In this document: positions 17,694 to 30,512 of the stretch, one piece after another | Numbering within the stretch: position 1 is the stretch's first letter | How the letters are laid out: each line of letters begins with the position of its first letter | Assembly: GCA_036507075.1 (NCBI GenBank) | Contig: DASXQR010000053.1 | Coordinates: 1-33,986 of the forward strand | Length of the DNA: 33,986 bases | Source of the DNA: Acidobacteriota bacterium | Lineage (GTDB): Bacteria > Acidobacteriota > UBA6911 > JACQSX01 | Direction of reading: 5' to 3' | The notes under the pieces: generated by a model | Seen by the model: the letters and a program-made list of their open reading frames with translations, nothing else | Told to the model about the DNA's origin: nothing | The model's database searches: none | Made by a program: the position numbers and the translations under genes

Positions 17694-18809
17694 TCAACCC
17701 TCAAGCAGCCGACGCACGTAAGCGGCGATTGCCGGAGATGCCGTCAGACCCGGTGATTCAATCCCGATGCAATTGATAAAACCTTCCCGATCCTGCCGAA
17801 TCACGAAATCGGCAAACGGCTCGCCGGGACCCTGGAGCTTCGGTCGAATGCCTGCCATCTCGGGAGCGAGGTCGTCCTGTTCGAGAAATGTGAGATATTG
17901 TGCGGCCGCGGCATAAAAGGAACTCCTGCGCTCGGGCGGGACCGAGTAGTCTTCCACGTGGTCGATATACTCGACGTCCGGTCCCAGTTTCATCCTTCCC
18001 GATAAATCAAATGTTACATGGACACCCAGGTTGGCGGCGTGTTTGCCCACGGCGGGATAGATCAGGTGAGAACACAAACGTGCCTTGGATTGATCCACCG
18101 AAAAATAACATCCTTTGCACCAATGCAGCCGATAATCAAATCCAGCCAGCCGCGCCACTTCATCCGAATACAGCCCGGCCGAATTGACAATCACATCGGA
18201 TTCCAAATCAAATTTCTCCCCGCCTGCCGCCTGTGTCTGGATCAGATACCTGCCGTTCTGGTGCGAAATCCCCGAGACGGTCGTATTGAAGACAGCCTGG
18301 GCGCCGTGCCGCACGGCCTGGCGCTGGTAGAACTGCATCAGTGAATGGGAATCAACAATTCCCGTCTCCGGCGAAAAGAGAGCCCCGCAGGCGCGTACCG
18401 ACGGCTCCAGAACTCGAATTTGAGCCAACGGAATCTCTTGCAGCGGAACATGGCAGGCGCGCGCATTGCTTTCAATACGCTCGAGCTCCGGCAGGTCCTC
18501 TTGCGCGGATGCTACAATCAGCTTTCCAATGGCGCAATGCGGAATATCGTGTTCGCTGCACAGCCGGTAGAGACGCCGGCGACCTTCAATACACAACTGT
18601 GCCTTAAGGCTGTCAGGCGGGTAATAAATACCGGCGTGAATCACTTCGCTGTTGCGGGAGCTGGTACCCTGGCCAAAGCTGCTCTCTTTTTCCAGGATCC
18701 AGATCTCTTCGCACAACCGCGCGCCTGCCAGTTCCGCAGCAATGGCCAGCCCGACCACACCGGCGCCCACAACGACGCCGGACTGATATTTTGGCTTCAC
18801 CGGGCGCAC
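17694..18809 (-). CDS. FAD-dependent oxidoreductase, L-2-hydroxyglutarate oxidase (LhgO)-like
   Basis: VVGAGVVG, TSSRNSEVIHAGIYY, GKLIVA, LGVH.T.D..G..KLGPD, GIRPKL, GIESPGLTAS. Confidence 0.85.
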   Translation of the reverse strand: MRPVKPKYQSGVVVGAGVVGLAIAAELAGARLCEEIWILEKESSFGQGTSSRNSEVIHAGIYYPPDSLKAQLCIEGRRRLYRLCSEHDIPHCAIGKLIVASAQEDLPELERIESNARACHVPLQEIPLAQIRVLEPSVRACGALFSPETGIVDSHSLMQFYQRQAVRHGAQAVFNTTVSGISHQNGRYLIQTQAAGGEKFDLESDVIVNSAGLYSDEVARLAGFDYRLHWCKGCYFSVDQSKARLCSHLIYPAVGKHAANLGVHVTFDLSGRMKLGPDVEYIDHVEDYSVPPERRSSFYAAAAQYLTFLEQDDLAPEMAGIRPKLQGPGEPFADFVIRQDREGFINCIGIESPGLTASPAIAAYVRRLLEG

Positions 18810-19552
18810 GTCAGCGCGCGCCCGCCGTCAATGCTGTAGGTCGCCCCGGTGATCCAGGCGGCTTTTTCGGACGCCAGATAGTAAATCAGCTCGGCGATTT
18901 CTTCGGCTTGCCCGACGCGACCCAGGGGATGCGTCGTTTTACTCCGCTCCAGGAAGGCGGCGTACTGGTCGGCCTCCATTCCCCCCGAACGATGTAAATT
19001 GGTTCGTGTGACACCGGGGTTCACGGAGTTGACACGAATTCCCTTGCCGGCCAGTTCGAGCGCGCTGCAGCGCGTCAACTGATCCAGCGCCGACTTGCTG
19101 ACGCAGTAGGCAAGAACACCGGGAAAAGAACGCAGGCCGTTCACGCTGGAAACATTCACGATGTTTCCGCCGGTTTTCTCCAGGTGCGGCACGGCCGTCT
19201 GCATCAGCAGGAAGATGGACCGGACATTGATGCCCATCATCTCATCCCACGCGCTGAGCGAAGTATTTTCAATTGTTCCGCTTCGAAGAAGGCCCGCAGC
19301 ATTTACCAGTACGTCGAGCCGGGAAAAGTGTTTTGCCGCAAGCTCAACCAGTTTTTCCGCCTGGCCGTCATTTGTCAGGTCTGCCGGAAACGACTTGAGA
19401 TGAGGGATTTCGGATTCCAGCCGGGCCAGTTCAGCGGCGCGGCGCGCCGTGCCGGCGACTTTGAATCCATTGCTGGAAAACAGGCGAACACAAGCCAATC
19501 CAACGCCGCTGGTGGCGCCCGTGATCAAGGCAACTTTTGTTTGTTCATTCAT
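18797..19552 (-). CDS. SDR family NAD(P)-dependent oxidoreductase
   Basis: TGATSGVG, LVNAAG, NVSS, YCVSK, GIRVNSVNPG. Confidence 0.92.
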   Translation of the reverse strand: MNEQTKVALITGATSGVGLACVRLFSSNGFKVAGTARRAAELARLESEIPHLKSFPADLTNDGQAEKLVELAAKHFSRLDVLVNAAGLLRSGTIENTSLSAWDEMMGINVRSIFLLMQTAVPHLEKTGGNIVNVSSVNGLRSFPGVLAYCVSKSALDQLTRCSALELAGKGIRVNSVNPGVTRTNLHRSGGMEADQYAAFLERSKTTHPLGRVGQAEEIAELIYYLASEKAAWITGATYSIDGGRALTCAR

Positions 19553-19576
19553 GGATGTCTGTTAATGCCACGAAAT

Positions 19577-19674
19577 AGTTTCGGGTTAGCGGGTTACGAG
19601 TTGCGAGTTAGCGGATTCACAATTCGGCAATCACTAACTCGGAACTCGTAACCCGTTAACCCGAAACCCGAAAC
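19577..19674. repeat. Inverted array of 7-bp units (CGGGTTA/CGAGTTG)
   Basis: gtttcgggttagcgggttacgagttgcgagttag vs ctaactcggaactcgtaacccgttaacccgaaac; abuts the acnA stop; same family as 33777-33833. Confidence 0.9.
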
Positions 19675-22469
<2,795 letters not shown>

Positions 22470-22470
<1 letters not shown>

Positions 22471-22976
22471 CACTCCACGTCAAACTTCGCCGACAGTTTT
22501 CGGTTGCCCCAGCTCATCTCCAGCAAACCGTCATCTCCCTTGGCGGACAGGGTGATAGTGAATGTTTCGACGGGCGACTTCAACTCGGTTACGGTCAGCG
22601 GCGTGGATCCCAGGTCCTGAGAAGCATCGTGCTCTGTTCCCCAGATTTTCGATCGCTTGTTCACGATCAGTCGCCAATCCTTGTCACTGATTTTTTTTGC
22701 AAACAGAGTACATTTGCCTGGCTTGACGGTGAGGCCCGAAAACTTCAACGTGGCGGCCGTATCAAGCTCGGTCGCCTGGTCCATTCCCATTCGCCACACG
22801 GTCCCGTTGGGAGCCATCTGCATTACATCCCGTCCCTGCAATTGAGGCCGCCCATAATCGATAGAAATACTTTTGCCTTTGACGTTAATGGAAGCCTTAC
22901 CCCGGTTGCCTTGAGCCGGCAACCAAAGGCTCAAAGAAAGGACCGAAACCAGGAAAAACAAAACAGCCTTACGCAT
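22470..22976 (-). CDS. DUF2911 domain secreted protein
   Basis: Signal peptide; I.IDYGRP..QGR, VWRMG..QAT, W.LIVNK...WG, VE.FTI, L..SW. Confidence 0.85.
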
Positions 22977-23020
22977 GAATCTCCTCCACGAGTGAAATGA
23001 AGCTTTTTAATTTATCACAC

Positions 23021-23308
23021 CCGGAAGGTGAAAGCGGAAGGCAGAAAGCGGAAGGCAGAGGGCGGAAGGCGGAAAGCGGAAGGCGGAAAGCGGAAGGCAG
23101 GAGACGTGGCCCCCAACCGAACCGCGCGCGTGAGCAAGCGGACTCTCTATGTTTACATAAGATCCAAGAAGTCCGCAGCTTTACCAAACGTTTGATGTGG
23201 GGCACCGTTACATTGGAGGGTCCGCTTGCTTACGCGCGCGGTTCGGCTTGGGGGCTATGCCTTCCGCCTTCCGCTTTCCGCTTTCTGCCTTCCGCCTTCC
23301 GCCTTCCG
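23021..23308. repeat. Inverted 7-bp arrays (GCGGAAG/GCGGAAA) enclosing a second REP-like inverted repeat
   Basis: Left 23021-23100; right 23258-23308; inner ccgaaccgcgcgcgtgagcaagcggac (23117-23143) pairs with gtccgcttgcttacgcgcgcggttcgg (23220-23246). Confidence 0.92.
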
Positions 23309-23309
23309 T

Positions 23310-24338
23310 TCAAGTGCGAGGGCCGCTCACGGCCAGGGATCGGTTTTTGGGAACGCTGAGGTATCCGCGGATCTGGTTCTTCATGACCTGGTTGATCACC
23401 ACTTCATAATCGAGGCCTTCGCGGCCCTGGCGTACGTGGATTGGCTCATTTACATACACTCTGTTCTTGTCCACTCTGGCGTCGTTGATGTGAATTCGGA
23501 TATCAGCCCGCTGTTTTTTGGAGTCTGTATCCCTCAATTCCAGGCGAATATCACTGACGCGCTTGATCTTGTCCTTTTTGGTAATATCGAATTCGAAATA
23601 TTCCCGCTCGCCCTTCATGCGCAAAGTCTCCAGCCCCTGGGCATTGGTGGCGATCAGTTTTCCATGCTGGTCCAGAACGAGATTTAAATTGGTCAGGTCC
23701 TTCTTGGTGCGGTCCAGGTCCTCCCGGGTGCCTTTCAATTCCTCGCGGACGGTGCCGACCTCGGTCTTCACACTGCCCACATTCTGTGACACGCTGCCAA
23801 TCTGGGCAGAAGTGGCTTCCTTGAGCGACGACACGTCTTGAGCGCTTGCCTTCTGCGACAGTTCTTCGGTCAGCTTCTTGACGTTGGTCTGCTGTTCGGC
23901 CTTGAGCCGGACGGCCAGGCTGCGCGCCCGGTCCAGGTCTCGCTGGGTGACACCCACTCTTTCCTGCGTCACGGTAATTTGTGACTCCAGCTTTGCCAGC
24001 TTCGAGTCGGCGTCATCCAGTCTCTTTGTGATCAGTTCATTGTGCGTGGCCAGCTCTTTTCTCAAATCCTTGTCCTGCTGGTTCCAGTAAAACAGGATGG
24101 CCAGCAGCGCCACCGCAAAGACAACGGAAAGCACGAGCAAGGGGACCGCGTTGAGGCGGACAATCGGCGGCGCCTGCGCGACCTGCGCCCGCTCGGCTGC
24201 GACCGGACGTTCTGGCGCTCGCGTCTGTTCGGGTTCCGGGGTAATCCTGTTCCAATCTGCGGTCATAAGCCTCCTGAGGCTGCTATTCGACGGTATTCTC
24301 TCTCTATTTTGGACAAGCGCGCCGTCGCTTTGTTTCAA
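23310..24338 (-). CDS. Membrane-anchored coiled-coil hypothetical protein
   Basis: Single TM (LLVLSVVFAVALLAILFYW), long heptad region, C-terminal beta domain (GEREYFEF..IRGYLSVPK); start uncertain. Confidence 0.75.
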   Translation of the reverse strand: MKQSDGALVQNRERIPSNSSLRRLMTADWNRITPEPEQTRAPERPVAAERAQVAQAPPIVRLNAVPLLVLSVVFAVALLAILFYWNQQDKDLRKELATHNELITKRLDDADSKLAKLESQITVTQERVGVTQRDLDRARSLAVRLKAEQQTNVKKLTEELSQKASAQDVSSLKEATSAQIGSVSQNVGSVKTEVGTVREELKGTREDLDRTKKDLTNLNLVLDQHGKLIATNAQGLETLRMKGEREYFEFDITKKDKIKRVSDIRLELRDTDSKKQRADIRIHINDARVDKNRVYVNEPIHVRQGREGLDYEVVINQVMKNQIRGYLSVPKNRSLAVSGPRT

Positions 24339-24392
24339 AAAAATGCTCTTGCCTTATCCGGCGCGAGAAAAAATCAGTACCGCGACCGTAAG

Positions 24393-24446
24393 GCCTGGAT
24401 TATTCACAAAAAAACTGAACCGCGAAGAGCGCCAAGAACGCCAAGA
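24393..24446 (+). repeat. Solo left arm of the 28392-28600 element
   Basis: gcctggattattca.a.aaaact.aaccgc.aag..cgccaagaacgccaag matches 28391-28440. Confidence 0.8.
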
Positions 24447-24485
24447 GAGCGCACCGGACTGGTCTCCTGATTCGATTCTAAAACA

Positions 24486-27400
24486 TCAGAACTGAAAACG
24501 CACGGCCAACTGCACCTGGAACGGGTCCCCGGGGTTGTTATTTAACAGGCGTTTGCCAAATCGAGGAGATACAGGGTTGCGGTCAATGGTCTCCAGAAAA
24601 TTGATATTGGTCGGCCTGCCAAAGCCGCAATCCAGCGGAATGGGGCTGGCGCAGTAATTGGTAACCGCGGTTCCGGAAAGCTGAATGTTTTCGTAATTCC
24701 GAACATTGTAAAACTCAGACGACAGAATCAGCTTCCGCTCCTCGGCAAAGGTGAAGCTTTTTTGCACTCTCAAATCCACATCTTTGACCGCGAAATTGCG
24801 GAACGCATTGCGTTTGAAAGGCTTCCCCGCCGCGCTGAACGGGCGATCCGCGCCGCCCCGGTCCTCGTTTGAATCCGCGCCCGTACGAACATCGATGGGA
24901 ATTCCGGATCGCAGCCGAATCCCGCTGGAAACTTCAAACCCCCACGGGAAATAAAAGACCGGGTTTGCCACAACCTGGTGTCGCCGGTCAAGGCGCGCGT
25001 AGTTGTACTCGGGCCTCTGGTCATAGGCGTTTTCAAAGCTCACGCCGCCCGCGTCGCGCTCGTTGTCGTCATCCGAGAGGGATCGGGAAAGCGTGTAAAA
25101 GGCGCCGAACTGGCCCCAGCCGCGGCGCATTTGCGCCCGGATGGTGAAAGCCTGATAGCGGGAATGAGCCGTGGATTCTCGCACCTGAATGGACCCGAGC
25201 GTGCCGACAGGCCGCGGTGTGCCACTGAGCAGGCCATAAAAGGGGCGCTGGGCCGGGTCGTTGGCCCGGATTCTGGGCACAGGTAAATTCAAGTCCCGGT
25301 TGCGCTGCAGATGAATCGTATTTACCTGAACGTATTCCGCGCCCATCGAAAAATCCTTCCAGAGCTGGCGTTCAAAACCGATGCCCGACTGGAAAGACTG
25401 CGGATTCTTCAGATCGCCGGCGATGCTGATCGGCTGGACTCCGATGAATGGATCAAACGCTTGACCCAAGGCCTGTGCCACTGACTGCACCTGTTCCGCA
25501 CTCAAAATCGGGAGGTTTCCGAGCGGAAATTTATTGAGATCGATACCGATCAACAGCAGTTGTTTGTAAACGGTATTATTTGGGTTCCCCGGGGCCGCCA
25601 GCGGAAGCTGGATGGAAATATCTCCGGGTGGAACACGATAATTGTTCAGGGGTCCGGCCAGCAGCAGCATCGGAGTCTTGGCGTAGTACACGCCGGCGAA
25701 ACCACGAATCACCGTCTTTGTATCGTTCAAGGGATCCCACGCAAAACCGAGCCGGGGACCAAACTGGGAGGGGCTGTCAGGAATGAAAGTGGGATCCAGT
25801 TGATGGCCAGAAGGGAAAACCACTCCCCGCACTCTATTCACAATGGCTTGATTGTTCGCTTCAGGCGTTGGGTTGAACTGGCCTTCCCAGCGCAGTCCGT
25901 AATTCAAAGTGAAGTTTGGCCGAATCCTCCACGAATCCTGGGCAAAGAGCGCTCCTTCTTTTACTGTGAGGGCCAGCCGGCCGTTTCCGATTTGCCGCAG
26001 ATATGTCACCTGGGTAGAGTCAAAGCGATTAGGCGTCGTACCGCCTACTGAGAGCAAATCAAGTAACTGAGCCGTATTGGTTATCGAGAATAAAAAGGAC
26101 CCGAATTGATTGAAGGCGAACGTCTGATCTGCGAAAGCATGATTGTACTCAACCCCGAACTTGAAGGAATGGCCTCCGGAGATCAAACTCAGGTTATTGG
26201 CGAACTGAACCCTCCAGTCAAACTGAGTGGTGGGAAGAAAATTCACTGTCCCGAATGTCCCGATGGCGTTTGTCACCGTGGGCTGGCGGGCGTTGTTAAG
26301 CCGCGGACGGACCTCCCGGGAATACTGAGCGCGCATCTCGTTGATGACGGTCGCTGATGCGATGCTTGTCAACTGTCCGACCAGCGTGTAGGTGCGGTCC
26401 TTTTCTGTTCCATTGTTTGAGAGGGCGCTGAGCACGGTCGGAAGGATCGCATTTCCCACGGAAACTCCGTTTTCTGCAGTGTTTGTTCCCTGGCTGTAGC
26501 GAGCGTTGAAACGATTAGCGTCGCTGAGCTGATAATCGAATCGGCCCAGGAAAACCCTCGCATCGTTGGTCTGGGTGTAATGAGTCTCCAGCGATTTGTA
26601 GTAATCGAAGACTTCTTTCACGTCGGCAGTGGGGGTAAAAGTCGTCAGATTATCGAATAACACTTCGCGCGGGAACCGCACGCGCTGCTGCTCGTAGGCG
26701 CCAAAGAAGAACGCTTTATCTTTTTTCACAGGGCCGCCAAGAGATCCGCCGAACTGCTGCTGCGTGGGAGTCGGATGGATGGGTCTCTTCAGGTTTTCGC
26801 TGATTGCGTCAAAGAAATCATTATTGCGGGTCCAGTTTTTGTGGCGAATCGCATAGTAACCAGATCCGTGGAAAGCGTTGGTGCCCGATTTCGTGACGGC
26901 GTTCACCACTCCGCCCGTCGACCTTCCAAACTCGGCGGAATAACCGGCAGCGACAACCTGAAATTCACGAATCGATTCCTGCGGAATGGTGAAAGCGCTG
27001 TTAGAGCGCTCCCCTCCGCGAATTCCGCCGAAGAACGGCTGGTTGTAATCGGCGCCGTCAACGCTGATGTTGGCATTAATTCCGCGCTGTCCGGCGAGCG
27101 AGATTTGTCCGCGTTGTGTATCCACCTGGGCCGTGGGCGTAAGGGTGACAAAATTCTGAAAGCGCCGCCCGTTGATCGGCAGGTCTTCAAGATTTGTAAG
27201 CGTGGTGCTGGAAGCGGAGCTGGTGATTTCAACTGGCGTCTTTGCCGTCACAATGACGCTCTCGGTGGCTCCACTCACCTGCATCGTCAAATTGACGGGG
27301 ATACTCGATCCCACCGTCACTCGAATGCCGGTTGCTCTGGCCGTCTGAAAGCCGGTCAGCTCGGCGCTCAACTCGTAATTGCCGGGAGGCAGCAGTGGAG

Positions 27401-27608
27401 CGACATAAAGGCCTTCGTCGTTGGTCAGCACTGCTCTTGTAAATCCGGTTTCGGCGCTGGATATCTTTACCGACGCGCCCGGCAGGACGGCTCCCGATGA
27501 GTCGGTGACGCGACCATTGATCTGTCCGCTTGTAGCCTGCGACTGAGAGAGCACCAGCGTCGCTGAGAAGCAAAGGACGACTAAGAACACCAGGAGTTTT
27601 GATTTCAA
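24486..27608 (-). CDS. TonB-dependent receptor with carboxypeptidase-regulatory-like N-domain (Oar-like)
   Basis: ggagg RBS then TTG at 27608; signal peptide; [60 protein letters not shown], terminal QLAVRFQF. Confidence 0.93.
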   Translation of the reverse strand: MKSKLLVFLVVLCFSATLVLSQSQATSGQINGRVTDSSGAVLPGASVKISSAETGFTRAVLTNDEGLYVAPLLPPGNYELSAELTGFQTARATGIRVTVGSSIPVNLTMQVSGATESVIVTAKTPVEITSSASSTTLTNLEDLPINGRRFQNFVTLTPTAQVDTQRGQISLAGQRGINANISVDGADYNQPFFGGIRGGERSNSAFTIPQESIREFQVVAAGYSAEFGRSTGGVVNAVTKSGTNAFHGSGYYAIRHKNWTRNNDFFDAISENLKRPIHPTPTQQQFGGSLGGPVKKDKAFFFGAYEQQRVRFPREVLFDNLTTFTPTADVKEVFDYYKSLETHYTQTNDARVFLGRFDYQLSDANRFNARYSQGTNTAENGVSVGNAILPTVLSALSNNGTEKDRTYTLVGQLTSIASATVINEMRAQYSREVRPRLNNARQPTVTNAIGTFGTVNFLPTTQFDWRVQFANNLSLISGGHSFKFGVEYNHAFADQTFAFNQFGSFLFSITNTAQLLDLLSVGGTTPNRFDSTQVTYLRQIGNGRLALTVKEGALFAQDSWRIRPNFTLNYGLRWEGQFNPTPEANNQAIVNRVRGVVFPSGHQLDPTFIPDSPSQFGPRLGFAWDPLNDTKTVIRGFAGVYYAKTPMLLLAGPLNNYRVPPGDISIQLPLAAPGNPNNTVYKQLLLIGIDLNKFPLGNLPILSAEQVQSVAQALGQAFDPFIGVQPISIAGDLKNPQSFQSGIGFERQLWKDFSMGAEYVQVNTIHLQRNRDLNLPVPRIRANDPAQRPFYGLLSGTPRPVGTLGSIQVRESTAHSRYQAFTIRAQMRRGWGQFGAFYTLSRSLSDDDNERDAGGVSFENAYDQRPEYNYARLDRRHQVVANPVFYFPWGFEVSSGIRLRSGIPIDVRTGADSNEDRGGADRPFSAAGKPFKRNAFRNFAVKDVDLRVQKSFTFAEERKLILSSEFYNVRNYENIQLSGTAVTNYCASPIPLDCGFGRPTNINFLETIDRNPVSPRFGKRLLNNNPGDPFQVQLAVRFQF

Positions 27609-27830
27609 GGTTCTACCTCCGCACAGCAAGGGTGCAACATGTTCGGATTTACGATTTGCGTGGTTTTGAGTTTCGAATTTTCTGAATGGATGGCGAATCA
27701 ATGTTTCCTCGATCGCTCCAGATTATAGGAGATTTTTTTCAGATCGCCACATTAAGAAAGCCTGGTGTGGTCCAATTTTTTGAACCACCAAGGTACCACG
27801 CGTGTTTGGACATTTGTGAGGAACGATGCT

Positions 27831-27970
27831 GCCGCATCAGTACCGCATCCGTCAGACATCTGAGGTCGCGGCGAGGCAGTGTGGCGGATCTGGAGGTGAC
27901 ACCTCGCGCGGCTTGGCATGAGACTCGACCGATTGGCGCGCTGCGACCTGACGGATCGCGGTACTGCGGC
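27831..27970. repeat. REP-like imperfect inverted repeat
   Basis: cagtaccgcatccgtcag..aggtcgcggcg pairs with cgctgcgacctgacggatcgcggtactg. Confidence 0.65.
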
Positions 27971-28051
27971 GTCAGGCGGCGCAAGGCGGCACCGAGGTCC
28001 CGAACTTACATTTTGAGAAATCCGCAGCGCTTACGATGCTTCACAACGCGA

Positions 28052-28369
28052 TTACTTGGACTTCCACCATGACGCTGAAAACAAAATGAACAATTCGAGA
28101 AGAGAGAGCAGAAGAAGCATTCCCGCAGGCATGAATTTCTTTGTCCGGAGCAAACGCATCACAAACACGACGGCCAGCACACCCGTTGCTACGGCGGCGA
28201 TGAGGATCCCGGACGGTTGCTGCGCGCGAATCAGAAAGCCCGCATATCCGAGAACCGCACCACCGACCAGTCCGGACACGAGCGATGGAACGCTGCGGGC
28301 TTTCGCGTATCCGATAATTCCTCCAACCAGCATCAAAACGGCAAAAACCAAGGTAGCGGTCCAGGTCAT
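28052..28369 (-). CDS. TMEM14 family small membrane protein
   Basis: GGIIGYAKARS.PSLVSGL and R...TKKFMPAG motifs; about 4 hydrophobic helices. Confidence 0.88.
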   Translation of the reverse strand: MTWTATLVFAVLMLVGGIIGYAKARSVPSLVSGLVGGAVLGYAGFLIRAQQPSGILIAAVATGVLAVVFVMRLLRTKKFMPAGMLLLLSLLELFILFSASWWKSK

Positions 28370-28391
28370 GGAATTAGACTATGCGCGTAAG

Positions 28392-28600
28392 CCTGGATTA
28401 TTCAAAGAAAACTTAACCGCCAAGAACGCCAAGAACGCCAGGATAGCGTAAAGGACGGGGCTGAAGCTTGAAGTATGAAGGCCATCAAAGCCGGGTCAAA
28501 AGTTATTGTGTGCCTTCATACTTCAAGCTTCAGCCCCGTCCTTTGCGCTACACTTGGCGTTCCTGGCGTTCTTGGCGGTAAGATTTTTGAATAATCCGGG
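28392..28600. mobile_element. Three-layer palindromic MITE-like element
   Basis: Outer cctggattattcaaa / tttgaataatccggg; middle AACGCCAAG 9-mers in both arms; inner 38-bp near-perfect stem 28444-28481 / 28513-28550. Confidence 0.85.
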
Positions 28601-28618
28601 TTTGCCCGCAGATTCCCA

Positions 28619-28656
28619 CTTGTATATTTATGCAGTTTGATGCATAAATATACATT
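28619..28656 (+). promoter_or_regulatory. Tandem ARG boxes (ArgR operator)
   Basis: ctTGTATATTTATGCAgt-tt-gaTGCATAAATATACAtt; matches the TGAATA-www-ATTCA consensus; AT-rich; directly upstream of argC. Confidence 0.8.
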
Positions 28657-28673
28657 TGGTTTTAAAGACGACC

Positions 28674-29723
28674 ATGGAAGAATTCAACGTAGCCGTCATT
28701 GGCGCAACGGGTTACTCGGGGCGCGAGCTGGTATGCTGGCTGCAGCACCATCCGCAGGCAAAGCCTGTATTGCTGAGCGGCTCGGCTCGCTCTTTGCCCG
28801 AGTTGAAACGATACTTTGCCGCCCTGCCAGAGGAAATATTTTTCCCTTTCCGGCAGGGTGAAACGCCCTGGCCCGAACTGGCCGGCGCTTTGAAAGATCG
28901 GAACGTCAAGGCGGTTTTTCTTGCCACGGAGACCGACACGGCGCTGGCGTTGGCGCCTGACCTGTGCGCGCTGGGGATGACCGTCATCGACCTGAGCGCA
29001 GCGTTCCGGCTTCGCGATGCCACGCTGTATCCGCAATGGTACGGCATCAGCCACCCGTCGACCGAGCTGCTCTCGAAAGCCGCATATGGTTTGTCCGAGT
29101 ACTATCGTGACGCTGTTTCCAGGGCCCAGCTCATCGCCAATCCCGGCTGCTACCCGACTTCGATTCTGCTCGCGCTTATGCCGCTTCATCAATGGATCGA
29201 TTGGAATTCTCCAGTCATTTGCGACAGCAAGTCAGGTTTGACGGGCGCCGGGCGGAATTCGGAATACACTTTTGCCGAGATCAATGAGAATTGTCAGGCC
29301 TACAAGGTGGGGAATCATCGCCATATCCCGGAAATCCTGCAAGGACTTGGCAGACAGCCGGGCAATGGGACTCCGTTTGCGTTTGCTCCTCATCTGGTGC
29401 CGATGAACCGCGGAATTCTGAGCACCTGCTATTTCCAGGCCAAACCGGGCGCCTCTGAAGACCATTTGCGTCAACTGTACGCGGGCCGGTACGGCGATTC
29501 GCCATTTGTGGCTTTGCTGCCCCCCGGTTCCCTTCCCCAGGTCCAGATGGTTGTTCATACCAACCGCTGTGAGCTTGGGCTGGTTGTCGACGGCAGCTCG
29601 CGGGTGGTGACCGTCGTTTCCGCCATAGACAATCTGGTGAAGGGCGCCGCCGGCCAGGCGATCCAGAATATGAATATCCGATTCGGCCTGGACGAGTCGG
29701 CAGGGCTGATTCGCAGGAACTGA
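28674..29723 (+). CDS. argC: N-acetyl-gamma-glutamyl-phosphate reductase
   Basis: IGATGYSG, VIDLSAAFRL, IANPGCYPT, SGLTGAGR, HRHIPEI, IDNLVKGAAGQAIQN. Confidence 0.96.
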   Translation: MEEFNVAVIGATGYSGRELVCWLQHHPQAKPVLLSGSARSLPELKRYFAALPEEIFFPFRQGETPWPELAGALKDRNVKAVFLATETDTALALAPDLCALGMTVIDLSAAFRLRDATLYPQWYGISHPSTELLSKAAYGLSEYYRDAVSRAQLIANPGCYPTSILLALMPLHQWIDWNSPVICDSKSGLTGAGRNSEYTFAEINENCQAYKVGNHRHIPEILQGLGRQPGNGTPFAFAPHLVPMNRGILSTCYFQAKPGASEDHLRQLYAGRYGDSPFVALLPPGSLPQVQMVVHTNRCELGLVVDGSSRVVTVVSAIDNLVKGAAGQAIQNMNIRFGLDESAGLIRRN

Positions 29724-30512
29724 ATGAACATCGTCGTTAAACTTGGCGGAAGCCTTCTGGTCGAACAAACACGCTGGGCGCCCCTGCTGGAACAATTGCT
29801 CGAATTGCAGCGCCAGGGACATCGCTGCCTGCTGGTCCATGGAGGCGGCAAACTCTTGACCGCGCATCTGGAAAAGAGCGGCATCGCATCCCGTTTTGTC
29901 CAGGGACTGCGCGTGACGGATGCACAGACCCGGGACGCCGCTTTGATGGTTATGGGAGGCCTGCTCAACAAGAAACTGGTCACCGAGATTCAGAAGCTGG
30001 GCGGCCGGGCGCTCGGTCTTTGCGGTGACGGCGGTCTGGTGATTGCGAGAAAGTCTTCGGCCGGTACAACGGGCGGCGCGGATCTGGGTTACGTAGGGGA
30101 AGTGGAGCACGTCGATGGCAGGCTGATGGAAGAGCTGGCTGCGCTCGGATTGATCGTGGTGCTTGCAAGCCTGGCTGCGGATCGTTCGGGAGAGTATTAC
30201 AACATCAACGCCGACCTGTTGGCTGCCGCCTGCGCCGCGGCGCTGCAGGCGGATCGATTGATCTTTCTGACCGATGTTGCCGGAGTGCTGGACTCCAGCG
30301 GTAAAACGCTTGAAACACTGACCCGCTCCGATATAGACAGGTTGATCGCGCAGGGAGTGGTAGCGGGCGGCATGCTGCCGAAACTGCAATCCTGCCTGAT
30401 GGCGCTCGAAAAGGGGGTACGGCGGGTGCGCATTGTGCCCGGATATGTTGAGAGAGGCCTGCTGGCCTCCATGGAAATGAGCTCCGCATCGAGAGGAACA
30501 GAGATCCGATGA
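29724..30512 (+). CDS. argB: Acetylglutamate kinase
   Basis: VVKLGGS, VHGGG, GLRVTD, DLGYVGEV, NINAD, LTDVAGV, GGMLPKL. Confidence 0.95.
   Translation: MNIVVKLGGSLLVEQTRWAPLLEQLLELQRQGHRCLLVHGGGKLLTAHLEKSGIASRFVQGLRVTDAQTRDAALMVMGGLLNKKLVTEIQKLGGRALGLCGDGGLVIARKSSAGTTGGADLGYVGEVEHVDGRLMEELAALGLIVVLASLAADRSGEYYNINADLLAAACAAALQADRLIFLTDVAGVLDSSGKTLETLTRSDIDRLIAQGVVAGGMLPKLQSCLMALEKGVRRVRIVPGYVERGLLASMEMSSASRGTEIR

Noticed and set aside
16743..17776. ORFs with MEGWRDGG / SLHPSIP periodic peptides
   Set aside because: Translations of the 8-bp arrays in several frames; no evidence of real coding
22969..23409. ORFs with PSAFRLP / RKAEG repeats
   Set aside because: Translations of the 7-bp arrays
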